The notes under the pieces were generated by a model, which did not search any database, was not told the origin of the DNA, and was given only the letters and a program-made list of their open reading frames with translations. From Candidatus Woesearchaeota archaeon (GTDB lineage: Archaea > Nanobdellota > Nanobdellia > SCGC-AAA011-G17 > GW2011-AR18), in assembly GCA_018302105.1 (NCBI GenBank), contig JAGWAD010000038.1:1-60452 (forward strand): a DNA stretch of 60,452 bases, written 5' to 3'. Of this stretch, positions 20,568 to 29,492 are shown piece by piece (position 1 is the stretch's first letter; each line of letters begins with the position of its first letter). Made by a program: the position numbers and the translations under genes.

Positions 20568-20784
20568 TTAAATAAACAAAGGAAAATATTTTCTTCCCTT
20601 ATCCAAAAATTCTTGTGCCTTTTTTAAATCTTCTCTTCTTAGGATTCTCTTTAATCTTCGGTTGATAGATTTTTACGATGTTATTTTCATGGTCTGGCTC
20701 TTCGATATATTTTTGTTAAAAAAATATTTTCTACATATTATTATTTAATAAAAATTGAATGAAATCTGTCTTATATTTTTCCAT
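20568..20784 (-). pseudogene. gene remnant interrupted by the 94-bp repeat (N-terminus resembles PyrE)
   Basis: MEKYKTDFIQFLLNNN | repeat | LRREDLKKAQEFLDKGRKYFPLFI*; in frame when the 94 bp are removed. Confidence 0.35.
20643..20736 (+). repeat. 94-bp dispersed direct repeat, copy 2
   Basis: Identical to 1410..1503. Confidence 0.95.
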
Positions 20785-21004
20785 TTAATAATCAAAATTC
20801 CAGTAATTAATCTATTTTTATACTTTTAGTTAATTAAAACACTATATTAAAGTAGCTAAGTCAAATTTAAATAATAAGTTAATTTCATGAATATTGTAAA
20901 AAATACATCCTGATAATTGGTTAATAAGAGAGGGTATATTTCATATTTAAAATAAAAATAATAATATTAAAAACTTTTATAAATAATTTAAACATCAATA
21001 ATGT

Positions 21005-22027
21005 ATGGGTTTGACAAAAAGAGAAGAAAAAATTCTAAACTCAATAATAATACCATCAGAAAATGATCCAAATAAGCCGGAATTTCCACCAGATAATCCA
21101 AAATTTCCGGCAACTCCAACTTATCAGATAAAAATCCCTGATTTTTCTAATGTATGGTTAAAAGATGAATCAGTTAATCCAACAGGCACTCATAAAGATA
21201 GAATGGCGTGGGAAATGGTTGTTACTTACAAACAATTTTTATTAGCAAAAAAAGGAGGAGCAATCAAAAAACTTCCAAAATTATCAATATTAAGTTCTGG
21301 TTCAGCAGCATTAGCAATACAAAATCAGTTAAAAAAATATAATCTTCCAGATTTAAATGTATTAATGGATATATCAACAAAAAAAGAAAAAATAGATTAT
21401 TTAAGAAAAATTGGATGTAAAATATTCTTAATAAAATTAGGAAATAAAATATTAAACTGGGAAGATATTTTAAATTTTACAAAAAATAAAGATGGTTTTG
21501 ATGTAACTTCAAATGAAGCTTATGATCTTACAGTAAGATTTTATGATTGGATGAGTTATGAAATAATAAATAGTGATGCAGATTATATTTTTGTTCCATT
21601 TGGTACAGGCCAATTATATGAAAATATTTTAAATATTATAAAAAAAGAATTAAATTATAAATCAAAAGATCCAAGATTTAAAGGAAATTATGAAATACTT
21701 AAAAAAACCTCTGTCTTGGGGGCTACAACAATTAATCCAAAGAGTAAAGCAGAAAAATTATATGCACCGTTCTTGCCATTTGCAAACTACTCAAAACAAT
21801 GGATTAAATATTATAGATTTACTGGCATTACTGGTAAAATGAGTTCTGTGTACAACCTAAAAGAGGAATTCTTAGAAAAAGCTATGGATATAGCAAGAAA
21901 GCAAAGTATAAATTGTGAACCATCCGGTATAAGTGGCTTAGCTTTATTATTACAAATGAAAAATAAGATTCCAAAAAATTCTAAAATTTTAATTGTGAAT
22001 ACAGGAAAAACTATAATGGATATTTAA
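21005..22027 (+). CDS. PLP-dependent fold-type II (PALP, threonine synthase-like) enzyme
   Basis: WLKDESVNPTGTHKDRMA, SSGSAA, VPFGTG, CEPSG, VNTG. Confidence 0.85.
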   Translation: MGLTKREEKILNSIIIPSENDPNKPEFPPDNPKFPATPTYQIKIPDFSNVWLKDESVNPTGTHKDRMAWEMVVTYKQFLLAKKGGAIKKLPKLSILSSGSAALAIQNQLKKYNLPDLNVLMDISTKKEKIDYLRKIGCKIFLIKLGNKILNWEDILNFTKNKDGFDVTSNEAYDLTVRFYDWMSYEIINSDADYIFVPFGTGQLYENILNIIKKELNYKSKDPRFKGNYEILKKTSVLGATTINPKSKAEKLYAPFLPFANYSKQWIKYYRFTGITGKMSSVYNLKEEFLEKAMDIARKQSINCEPSGISGLALLLQMKNKIPKNSKILIVNTGKTIMDI

Positions 22028-22594
22028 ATGAAAAAAGGAAATATATTTTTTGTAATAGGTCCTACAGCTTCAGGCAAAACTGTAATAATTAATTATATTT
22101 TAAAAAATAAAAAAAATATTTTAAGAGCTATTTCATATACAACAAGGGAAAAAAGGCCTAGAGAAATAAATGGCATAGATTATTTCTTTGTTTCTGAAGA
22201 AGAATTTAAAAATTTAATAAAACAAAATAAATTTATTGAATATTCAAAAGTCTATGGCAATTATTACGGGACAGGAAAAGATTCATTTTCAAAAATAGAA
22301 GAAGGTTATGATGTAATAAAAATAATAGACTATAAAGGAGCTAAAAAGTTCAAGAACTCAGGAATAAAAGCAAAATATTTTTTCTTCGCTCCAGAAGATA
22401 TAGAAACATTAATTGAAAGATTAAAACAAAGAGGCGACAAAGATATAGAAGAAAGAATTAAAGTTTACAAAGAAGAAATGAAATTTAAAAAAGAATGTGA
22501 TTATTATATAGACACTTCTGGAAGTTCAGATTCAGATATAGCAAAACGCTCAAATGAATTAATTAAGATAATTGATAATATTGATACAACTTAA
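22028..22594 (+). CDS. gmk: guanylate kinase
   Basis: GPTASGKT, ISYTTREKRPREINGIDYFFVS, VYGNYYGT, ERLKQRG. Confidence 0.9.
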   Translation: MKKGNIFFVIGPTASGKTVIINYILKNKKNILRAISYTTREKRPREINGIDYFFVSEEEFKNLIKQNKFIEYSKVYGNYYGTGKDSFSKIEEGYDVIKIIDYKGAKKFKNSGIKAKYFFFAPEDIETLIERLKQRGDKDIEERIKVYKEEMKFKKECDYYIDTSGSSDSDIAKRSNELIKIIDNIDTT

Positions 22595-22644
22595 AAGTAG
22601 TTATATATAGAAAAGCTTAAAAATCCTGCTAATTTATTAAAACT

Positions 22645-23400
22645 ATGAAAATAAGAACAGCATTATTATTAGGACTATTGTCATTAATGCCTATTAAAGC
22701 AGCAGCCGAAACAAAAACATCACTAGGTTATAACAGGACAAATTATAAACTAAAAAATGCAGATAATATAAAAACCAATTCTTTTGGTATTAAACTGGAA
22801 CATTCAGAAAGGGATTTAGCATTAGAGGCATATGCAGACTTATCTAAATTAAATACAAACAGTGAAAATTCAAATTTTTATAATATAGGAGGTAATCTTG
22901 CAATACCAATAGAAGCATTAACCTTGAGTATTGGCTATAATTTCAATACAAAAGATCCAGTTACAAAAGCTTTGACTAATGAAAATAAAGAAGCACAGAA
23001 TATAGGAATTGCTTTAGGTTATAATTTAATTAATAACATATATTTTTTAGGAAAATTTTCAGCAGAAAAAGCAGGAGAAAAAGAAAATTTTCATGCTTAT
23101 TTGGGCGGAGGCATTTACAAGTTACTTCAAGATGGATTAAGGCTGGGTGCAGGTTTAGGTTTAGATAGATTAAGCCTTCCGGAAAAATCAATGATAAGAT
23201 ATATGGATTTTATAGCTGCAATTAGTCTTGCACCATCAACAACTATTGATCTAAGTGCTACTTTAGGCGATAGACTAGGATTAAGAGGAAATTTAAGGCA
23301 AAACTTTAATACACTTTATTTTTCTTTAGAAGGTTCTGTAAGTGAAGACTCAACAGGAATAGAAAGAAGATCCTCAGTAAATTTAGGATTAAATCTTTAA
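22645..23400 (+). CDS. secreted protein with outer-membrane beta-barrel-like pattern
   Basis: Sec signal ending AAA; alternating amphipathic strands (LSIGYNF, IALGYNL, LRLGAGLGL); C-terminal VNLGLNL. Confidence 0.65.
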   Translation: MKIRTALLLGLLSLMPIKAAAETKTSLGYNRTNYKLKNADNIKTNSFGIKLEHSERDLALEAYADLSKLNTNSENSNFYNIGGNLAIPIEALTLSIGYNFNTKDPVTKALTNENKEAQNIGIALGYNLINNIYFLGKFSAEKAGEKENFHAYLGGGIYKLLQDGLRLGAGLGLDRLSLPEKSMIRYMDFIAAISLAPSTTIDLSATLGDRLGLRGNLRQNFNTLYFSLEGSVSEDSTGIERRSSVNLGLNL

Positions 23401-23402
23401 TT

Positions 23403-24287
23403 TTATTCTTGTGTTCGGATTGGCACTTTTATTGAACCGCTATGTATTTCTCCTTGTGTTCGGATTGGCACTTTAACTGTTTCTAAACAACCATTCACAT
23501 CCTCTTTAGAATCAAACATATCTTGAATATAATTAATATTATTCCTGTAAATTCTAAAAGCTTCATCCTTAAATTGGTATAAGTACGCAGATAATCCCAA
23601 GCTTAAAGCTAAAAATGAAAACAACAATAAACCCTTTACAGCATTTTGATTATTAAATGATGGAAAACTTATATTATTGCTTGAAATTCTGGCAATAGAA
23701 GAATCATATTGAGAAAACAGATCCCAGTTTGCTTGATTAAAATTTATACAATAATTATTATAAAATTCTATGGATTTATAATCATCAAATAATAAAAAAT
23801 CTTTGTGCGGAATATCAAAGCCTGAACCTATTGAAGGATCGACCAAAATATAAGTATTGTCATGTTCAATCCAGGCACACATATGATTAACTTTCCCATT
23901 TTTATAAGCATGTCTTCTAATATCAGCTAATCCTGATCTAAAGCCTGCAATTTTAGCCATTGTTGCGTATAATATTGCAGTATCAACACAAAGTCCGCAA
24001 GTTAGTTCAAATGTCTCTCTTGCATTTTTGTATCTATAATCAACCCTCCACAAACCTCTAGCACCGTCATCAGTCCTTAATCCCAATCCCTCAGTGCCAA
24101 TATTATCATAAATCCATTGATAAATGTCAACAGCTGCATTAATTTCACATTTTCTGTATTTTGAAATTATATCATAAGTAGTATCAATCATTTGGGGTGT
24201 TGTAGTGAAAGGTTCAACATCAAGATAATGATAAGATTTTCTCCTTTCAAAGTTTTGTAAAAATTCCAATTTATTTTCCAAAGACAT
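23403..24287 (-). CDS. transglutaminase-like protein with C-terminal TM
   Basis: IYQWI, GLCVDTAIL, HMCAWI, LVDPS (Cys-His-Asp triad). Confidence 0.85.
   Translation of the reverse strand: MSLENKLEFLQNFERRKSYHYLDVEPFTTTPQMIDTTYDIISKYRKCEINAAVDIYQWIYDNIGTEGLGLRTDDGARGLWRVDYRYKNARETFELTCGLCVDTAILYATMAKIAGFRSGLADIRRHAYKNGKVNHMCAWIEHDNTYILVDPSIGSGFDIPHKDFLLFDDYKSIEFYNNYCINFNQANWDLFSQYDSSIARISSNNISFPSFNNQNAVKGLLLFSFLALSLGLSAYLYQFKDEAFRIYRNNINYIQDMFDSKEDVNGCLETVKVPIRTQGEIHSGSIKVPIRTQE
23408..23474 (+). repeat. 22-bp direct repeat (45-bp period) in 3' end of the transglutaminase gene
   Basis: CTTGTGTTCGGATTGGCACTTT at 23408-23429 and 23453-23474 (KVPIRTQ twice). Confidence 0.9.
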
Positions 24288-24496
24288 GGATTAATATTAA
24301 AGTTTAAAATTAAAAAGGATTATTAAAATTTTATAGAAAAAATAAATGATTAGTATAAAAATAATTCCAATTAAAAGAATATTTTATCAAAATTATGTAA
24401 AATTTACAAATATAAATAAAGATTATTCAAAAATAATGAAAATAAGAATAAAAAATCAACATTTGATTATTTAAACTCTAAGATTTAAATAAAACT

Positions 24497-24916
24497 ATGA
24501 ATTTACAAAGGTTTCCAATGTTGCAATTTAAATTTTCAACAAAGCATTTAGTATTTAGCTTAGCATTAAGCTATGGAATGTACAATGTTTATTCAGATAT
24601 TGAAAGATTTCTAAATGAAACATTATTTTATTTTACAGAAACTGAAGATGGGTTTGTTAAAAAGAAAAATGCTTTTAATTTGTCTTTTATTTATGAAAAA
24701 AATAATAAAGGCAATTTAGAAACTTACCTTAGAGATTATACAAACAGAATCCCGGTATTTGAAAGAGAAAACGGATTAATGGTTGGGACAGCAAAATATA
24801 ATTATTCAAATTTTACTAAAGAAGAAAGAAAATTAGTTTGTTCTAATATTTCACCATTATATAATTTTACAGGACGTATTCCAATGTTTAAACTTGAAAC
24901 AACACATTTAGAGTAA
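24497..24916 (+). CDS. hypothetical membrane-anchored protein
   Basis: 139-aa ORF; overlaps the convergent ORF by 115 bp. Confidence 0.6.
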   Translation: MNLQRFPMLQFKFSTKHLVFSLALSYGMYNVYSDIERFLNETLFYFTETEDGFVKKKNAFNLSFIYEKNNKGNLETYLRDYTNRIPVFERENGLMVGTAKYNYSNFTKEERKLVCSNISPLYNFTGRIPMFKLETTHLE

Positions 24917-25689
24917 CTACAATTAATTATATTTGTCGTTCCACCTAAACGATTAGAAGATCCTGTAGAAAATAAGGTAGCAGTTCCATTATTGGGATCA
25001 ATTACATATGTTCCATTTATAATGCCAGAATCTTCTTCTTTGGTAGGAAAACCATATACATCCGCACTAAACATATCAAAAAATTTTGTACCCCTTGAAA
25101 AATTAAATTTCAGTTTATAGGTTTTTTCTGTAGAAAAATTTCCTTTGTAAAGGTAATGTTCAGCAATAACCAAATTATGATAATCTTCCGGATCGTGACA
25201 ATAACTTGCATCAATATATTCTCCTCTAATACGTTTTTCACCCCTTCCAGCTATCTCATTATATATTGACCAAATTTCTTCTCTTCTAAGTTGCCAGCCA
25301 GTAGGATCATAAACTTTTTCTTTTCCTTCAGATCCTTTATATAACAAATGTAGAAAATCTACAAATCTCCTTAAATTTAAATTAATATTACCTAAATTTA
25401 GATTTAAAGTCAAAGCATCTCTCCAATTAAGTGTATTTATATAATTTTTTCCATCAAATTCCATTGCAAAATCTTCCAAAGAGAATTTAAGCTCACTTCC
25501 AACAGCTTTAACTTTTTCACTTAATCCCAGCCTATGTTTAGAAACCATTAAATCTGGATAATTTCTAGAACCATGTTTTTTACTCGGAAGTATAATATAA
25601 TCATGGGGATTTTCAGATTTATCTAAACCAAAAATAGGAAGAACCTCGACACAAATTTCGTTTGATACCACAATTAAAATATAACCCAA
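24802..25689 (-). CDS. DPANN CLec-fold-like protein resembling DGR target family
   Basis: DYIILP..HG..YPDLMVSK, NWRDAL, FVDFLHLL, VYD..G, RGEYID, C-terminal IGIRPVK. Confidence 0.55.
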   Translation of the reverse strand: MGYILIVVSNEICVEVLPIFGLDKSENPHDYIILPSKKHGSRNYPDLMVSKHRLGLSEKVKAVGSELKFSLEDFAMEFDGKNYINTLNWRDALTLNLNLGNINLNLRRFVDFLHLLYKGSEGKEKVYDPTGWQLRREEIWSIYNEIAGRGEKRIRGEYIDASYCHDPEDYHNLVIAEHYLYKGNFSTEKTYKLKFNFSRGTKFFDMFSADVYGFPTKEEDSGIINGTYVIDPNNGTATLFSTGSSNRLGGTTNIINCSYSKCVVSSLNIGIRPVKLYNGEILEQTNFLSSLVKFE

Positions 25690-25763
25690 AAGAATTTAAA
25701 GCTTTCACCCGAACAATTACACTATTTCACAATTTTTATAAACATAGAGCCCATTACAATTTC

Positions 25764-26049
25764 ATGGAAATTAATAGAGAATTAATAAATTAAAGTTGCC
25801 AAGAATGCAAGATTAAGTCTTTCAGAAGAGGAAATAACCCAATTTACAGATGATTTTAAAAATATATTATCAGCATTTTCAGAATTAGATGAACTAAATA
25901 CAAGCAAAGTTAAGCCAAGTTTTCATCCAATAGAATTAAAAAATGTATTAAGAGAAGATAATGCAAAAGAATCAGTTCCAGTTGAGGAAATATTAAAAAA
26001 TAGCAAGCATAAAAAAAATAATTATTTTTTAGGACCAAAAGCACTATGA
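25764..26049 (+). pseudogene. gatC: Asp/Glu-tRNA amidotransferase subunit C with +1 frameshift near codon 9
   Basis: MEINRELI / IKVAKNARLSLSEEEITQFTDDFKNILSAFSELDEL...NVLRED...YFLGPKAL*; upstream of gatA; absent from ORF track. Confidence 0.88.
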
Positions 26050-26438
26050 AAGCACTATCAATGAAACAGCCAGTACCAGAATTAATATTAAATAAAAAGA
26101 AAACAATAGAAACAAGGACATGGAAATCTGATTTCAGGGGAGAATTTCTAATACATGCATCAAATAATTTTATGGATTCTATGATTGAAAAATTTAAATT
26201 AGAAAAAGAAAGATTGGTAACAGGTGCAATTGTTGGAAAAGCAGAAATTACAGGACTAAAAGTTTATAACACATTAGAAGAATTTAACAAAGATTTAGAC
26301 AAACATCTTTTGGCAGAGCCTAAGAAATTACCAACTTATGGTTATATTCTAGAAAATATAGAAAAGTTACAGAACCCAATTAAAATAAAAGGAAAATTAA
26401 ATTTCTTTGAGGTAAATTTAGATGAAAAAAAAGAATAA
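26046..26438 (+). CDS. ASCH domain protein
   Basis: KALSMKQP, KKTIETRTW..FRGEFLIHAS, GAIVG, KGKLNFF. Confidence 0.9.
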   Translation: MKALSMKQPVPELILNKKKTIETRTWKSDFRGEFLIHASNNFMDSMIEKFKLEKERLVTGAIVGKAEITGLKVYNTLEEFNKDLDKHLLAEPKKLPTYGYILENIEKLQNPIKIKGKLNFFEVNLDEKKE

Positions 26439-26685
26439 AATTATTTTATTAATTTCTAGTTTAATATTAATTTTATTAGCCTGGGCTCCTTGGATTAGTA
26501 ATAATTATGCAATAAATAAAGTTATAGAGGATTTTGGTGGATCAGATAAAGCATTTACTGACTTTCACGGAGCTAAAACTATAGGTGAAGCAAAGTTTGT
26601 GGTTAGTTTGTTTCCATTCGGTAGGTCTGTAAGTGTTCCTAGTGAAGCTATCTGGTTTGTAACTTTCTATGGAGATGTAATATGA
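26422..26685 (+). CDS. small membrane-anchored hypothetical protein
   Basis: 87 aa, overlaps both neighbours (translational coupling). Confidence 0.65.
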   Translation: MKKKNKIILLISSLILILLAWAPWISNNYAINKVIEDFGGSDKAFTDFHGAKTIGEAKFVVSLFPFGRSVSVPSEAIWFVTFYGDVI

Positions 26686-28091
26686 AAGCAATAGACTTTA
26701 TAAAAAAAGTGCAAAATAAAGAAATAGATATAATAGAACATACACATAAAGTTTTAGAAGAATGTAAAAAAATAAACAAAGAATATAATTACTTAAATAC
26801 AGTATCAGAAGATTTGGCAATAAAACAAGCAGAAACAGTTAAAAAAAATCCGAATGGTCGTTTATCTGGACTTCCAATTTCAATTAAAGATAGTATTTGT
26901 GTAAAAGATGTTGAATCTACTGCTGGTTCAAAGATATTAAAGGATTACAAACCATTATTCAATGCTACTGCAGTTCAAAAGGCAATAGATGAAGGAGCAA
27001 TAATAATTGGAAAAACTGCCCAGGATGAATTTGGTTTTGGTGGATTTTCTACAAACGTCGGTTTAGGCTTCAAAATACCTTTAAATCCATTTGACAAAGA
27101 AAGATCAACAGGAGGTTCTTCTGGAGGAGGAGCAGGTTTAACACAAAAAGCTTCATTTCCACATCTATCATTTGGAGAATCAACAGGAGGTTCAATTGTA
27201 AATCCTGCATCTTTTTGTGGAGTATTTGGTTTATGTCCGACATATGGGAGAATTTCACGTTACGGTTTAATAGATTATGGAAACTCATTAGATAAAATAG
27301 GTCCAATGTCTAAAAATGTTTATGACTCAGCACTTTTACTTAGTGTTATATCAGGTCACGATATTAAAGATAGCACAAGTTTAAATCAAAAAACAGAAGA
27401 TTATACTCAATATTTAAAAAAAGATATTAAAAATTTAAAAATTGGAATAATAAAAGAAGCTTTTGGAGAAGGAGTAGATAAGAAAGTAAACAAAAAAATT
27501 CAGGAAGCAATTAATAAGTTAGAAAAATTTGGAGCAAAAACAGAAGAAATTTCTCTTAAGATTCCAATAAAATATGGTATACCAACTTATTATTTAACTG
27601 CAACAGCAGAAGCATCTTCAAATCTGGCAAAATTCTGTGGAATGAGATATGGTGCATATGAAGAATTAAAAGGAAACTTTGATGAATATTTTACTAATGT
27701 AAGATCTAATAATTTTGGCAAAGAAGCAAAAAGAAGAATAATGCTTGGGACTTTTGCAAGAATGTCTGGATTTAGAGATGCATATTATATAAAAGCGGCA
27801 AAAGTAAGAACTTTGATCATAGAAGAATATAAAAAAGTTTTCAAAAAAGTTGACACATTATTATCTCCAACAGTGCCAATATTACCAATAAAATTTAATG
27901 ATATTTCTAAATTATCAATTATGGAAAATTATATGATAGATATTATGACAGTTGGCCCTAATTTAGCAGGCTTGCCACACATAAATATCCCTGTTGGATT
28001 TGAAAATAGTTTACCAATAGGAATGATGCTTGTATCAGATCATTTAAAAGAAGGAGTTTTATTACAGGTAGCAAAAGAATTTGATAATTAA
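26682..28091 (+). CDS. gatA: Asp/Glu-tRNA amidotransferase subunit A
   Basis: Amidase signature GGSSGG, ESTGGS, EASSNLAKFCGMRYG, EAKRRIMLGTF. Confidence 0.95.
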   Translation: MKAIDFIKKVQNKEIDIIEHTHKVLEECKKINKEYNYLNTVSEDLAIKQAETVKKNPNGRLSGLPISIKDSICVKDVESTAGSKILKDYKPLFNATAVQKAIDEGAIIIGKTAQDEFGFGGFSTNVGLGFKIPLNPFDKERSTGGSSGGGAGLTQKASFPHLSFGESTGGSIVNPASFCGVFGLCPTYGRISRYGLIDYGNSLDKIGPMSKNVYDSALLLSVISGHDIKDSTSLNQKTEDYTQYLKKDIKNLKIGIIKEAFGEGVDKKVNKKIQEAINKLEKFGAKTEEISLKIPIKYGIPTYYLTATAEASSNLAKFCGMRYGAYEELKGNFDEYFTNVRSNNFGKEAKRRIMLGTFARMSGFRDAYYIKAAKVRTLIIEEYKKVFKKVDTLLSPTVPILPIKFNDISKLSIMENYMIDIMTVGPNLAGLPHINIPVGFENSLPIGMMLVSDHLKEGVLLQVAKEFDN

Positions 28092-28158
28092 TCATAAGCA
28101 TATATCTTATTCATTCTATATTTTATAATTATTTAAAATTAAAACAATTAATAATTCT

Positions 28159-28386
28159 ATGAGAAAGGAAGTATTAAATCAGATGTTTATATTCATAATT
28201 GGCGCATTTAGTTTAGTAGCCGCTCTTGCCTGGAATTCCACAATAGAGTCAATATTTAAACAAATTTTTGGAACCCCAGATAAAATAAGTGCTAAATTAA
28301 TATACTCAATTTTTATAACAATTATAGTTGTCATAGTAATAACAACATTTTCAAAATTAAATAATAAGTATTTCAGTAAAGAATAA
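28159..28386 (+). CDS. small 2-TM protein (DUF5654-like)
   Basis: AFSLVAALAWN motif. Confidence 0.75.
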   Translation: MRKEVLNQMFIFIIGAFSLVAALAWNSTIESIFKQIFGTPDKISAKLIYSIFITIIVVIVITTFSKLNNKYFSKE

Positions 28387-28429
28387 AAAATAACAATTCT
28401 TTTAAATAAAACAAATAATTTAATTTATT

Positions 28430-29182
28430 ATGGAATTTTCTAAAATTAGTAAATCATGGCTATTATTTTTAATAATATCAATATTATCGATATTATCTTT
28501 TGTATTTATTTCAATACCTACATTAATAACATTTTTAATATTATTCTTACCAATATTAATCTATATTTTATTGTATAAATGGATAAAATTAAAATTTGTT
28601 TCATCTGTATTTACATTTTCAGTATGGCTCAATATAATCCTGTTATTAATGCCTGTTACATTGGGTTTTCTCGCAATGGATATTATGGATTTTTCAGAAC
28701 AGTTGCAAGAGGAAGAAAAGTATATAATCATAGGAGAAGAAGCATTATTTGGAATAAAAATTAGCTCGTATAATTCAGATTATAACATAATAAAAAAAGA
28801 GGATTTATTGAAAATAGACAAAAATTCAAAAGATAAAATCACAATTGTTATACGAAAAGAAACATTCAGAAATGTAAAAAACATCAAAATAGGAGACAAT
28901 TTAGAAATCTCACAAGATGAAGTCTTTTCAATATTATCAAATAATCAGATAAGTAGCATAATAAGCAATTTATTAACTTCAAAAGAAGATAAAGAAGATG
29001 CACAAACAAAAATATTTTTTCTATTAATAGGAGAAACTTTAGAAAATACTAATCCAGAATTTTTAGCTGAAGAAATTAAAAATGGAAATATAAAGATTTA
29101 CCCGGAAAGATTCTCTATAAATTTTTTAATAAAAGTAATGCCTGAAGAAATTATTGCAAAAATAATAGAAAATTTAATTTAA
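28430..29182 (+). CDS. hypothetical membrane protein
   Basis: Three N-terminal TMs, IKIYPE motif. Confidence 0.7.
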   Translation: MEFSKISKSWLLFLIISILSILSFVFISIPTLITFLILFLPILIYILLYKWIKLKFVSSVFTFSVWLNIILLLMPVTLGFLAMDIMDFSEQLQEEEKYIIIGEEALFGIKISSYNSDYNIIKKEDLLKIDKNSKDKITIVIRKETFRNVKNIKIGDNLEISQDEVFSILSNNQISSIISNLLTSKEDKEDAQTKIFFLLIGETLENTNPEFLAEEIKNGNIKIYPERFSINFLIKVMPEEIIAKIIENLI

Positions 29183-29199
29183 AAAAAATAATTAGGGAA

Positions 29200-29418
29200 T
29201 TATTCTCCCTCATCAACTCCGCTTTCATCTCCATCATCAACTTCAGTTTCATCTTCCTCTTCTTCATCTTCATCAACGTCAAGGTCTTCATCTTCCTCTT
29301 CATCTTCCTCTTCGCCTTCATTCTCAAGCCATGATTTAGGTTTAGCAAATAATGAAAAATCTTCTTGAACTCCACCTAAAACACTTATATCTTTTAAATA
29401 TTCATTTATTGCAATCAC
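29200..29418 (-). CDS. small highly acidic protein
   Basis: GGAGGT RBS, GTG start, D/E-rich tail. Confidence 0.6.
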   Translation of the reverse strand: MIAINEYLKDISVLGGVQEDFSLFAKPKSWLENEGEEEDEEEDEDLDVDEDEEEEDETEVDDGDESGVDEGE

Positions 29419-29492
29419 TTTTTACCTCCAAATGAGTTAATATCAAAAATTTGCCCCTCAGTAGTTTATATATTTTTCGGTAACCCAATTTA

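Noticed and set aside
1410..20736. 94-bp repeat pair as DGR template/variable repeats
   Set aside because: The copies are identical (no A-specific mismatches), neither lies at a gene 3' end, and there is no reverse transcriptase in the window.
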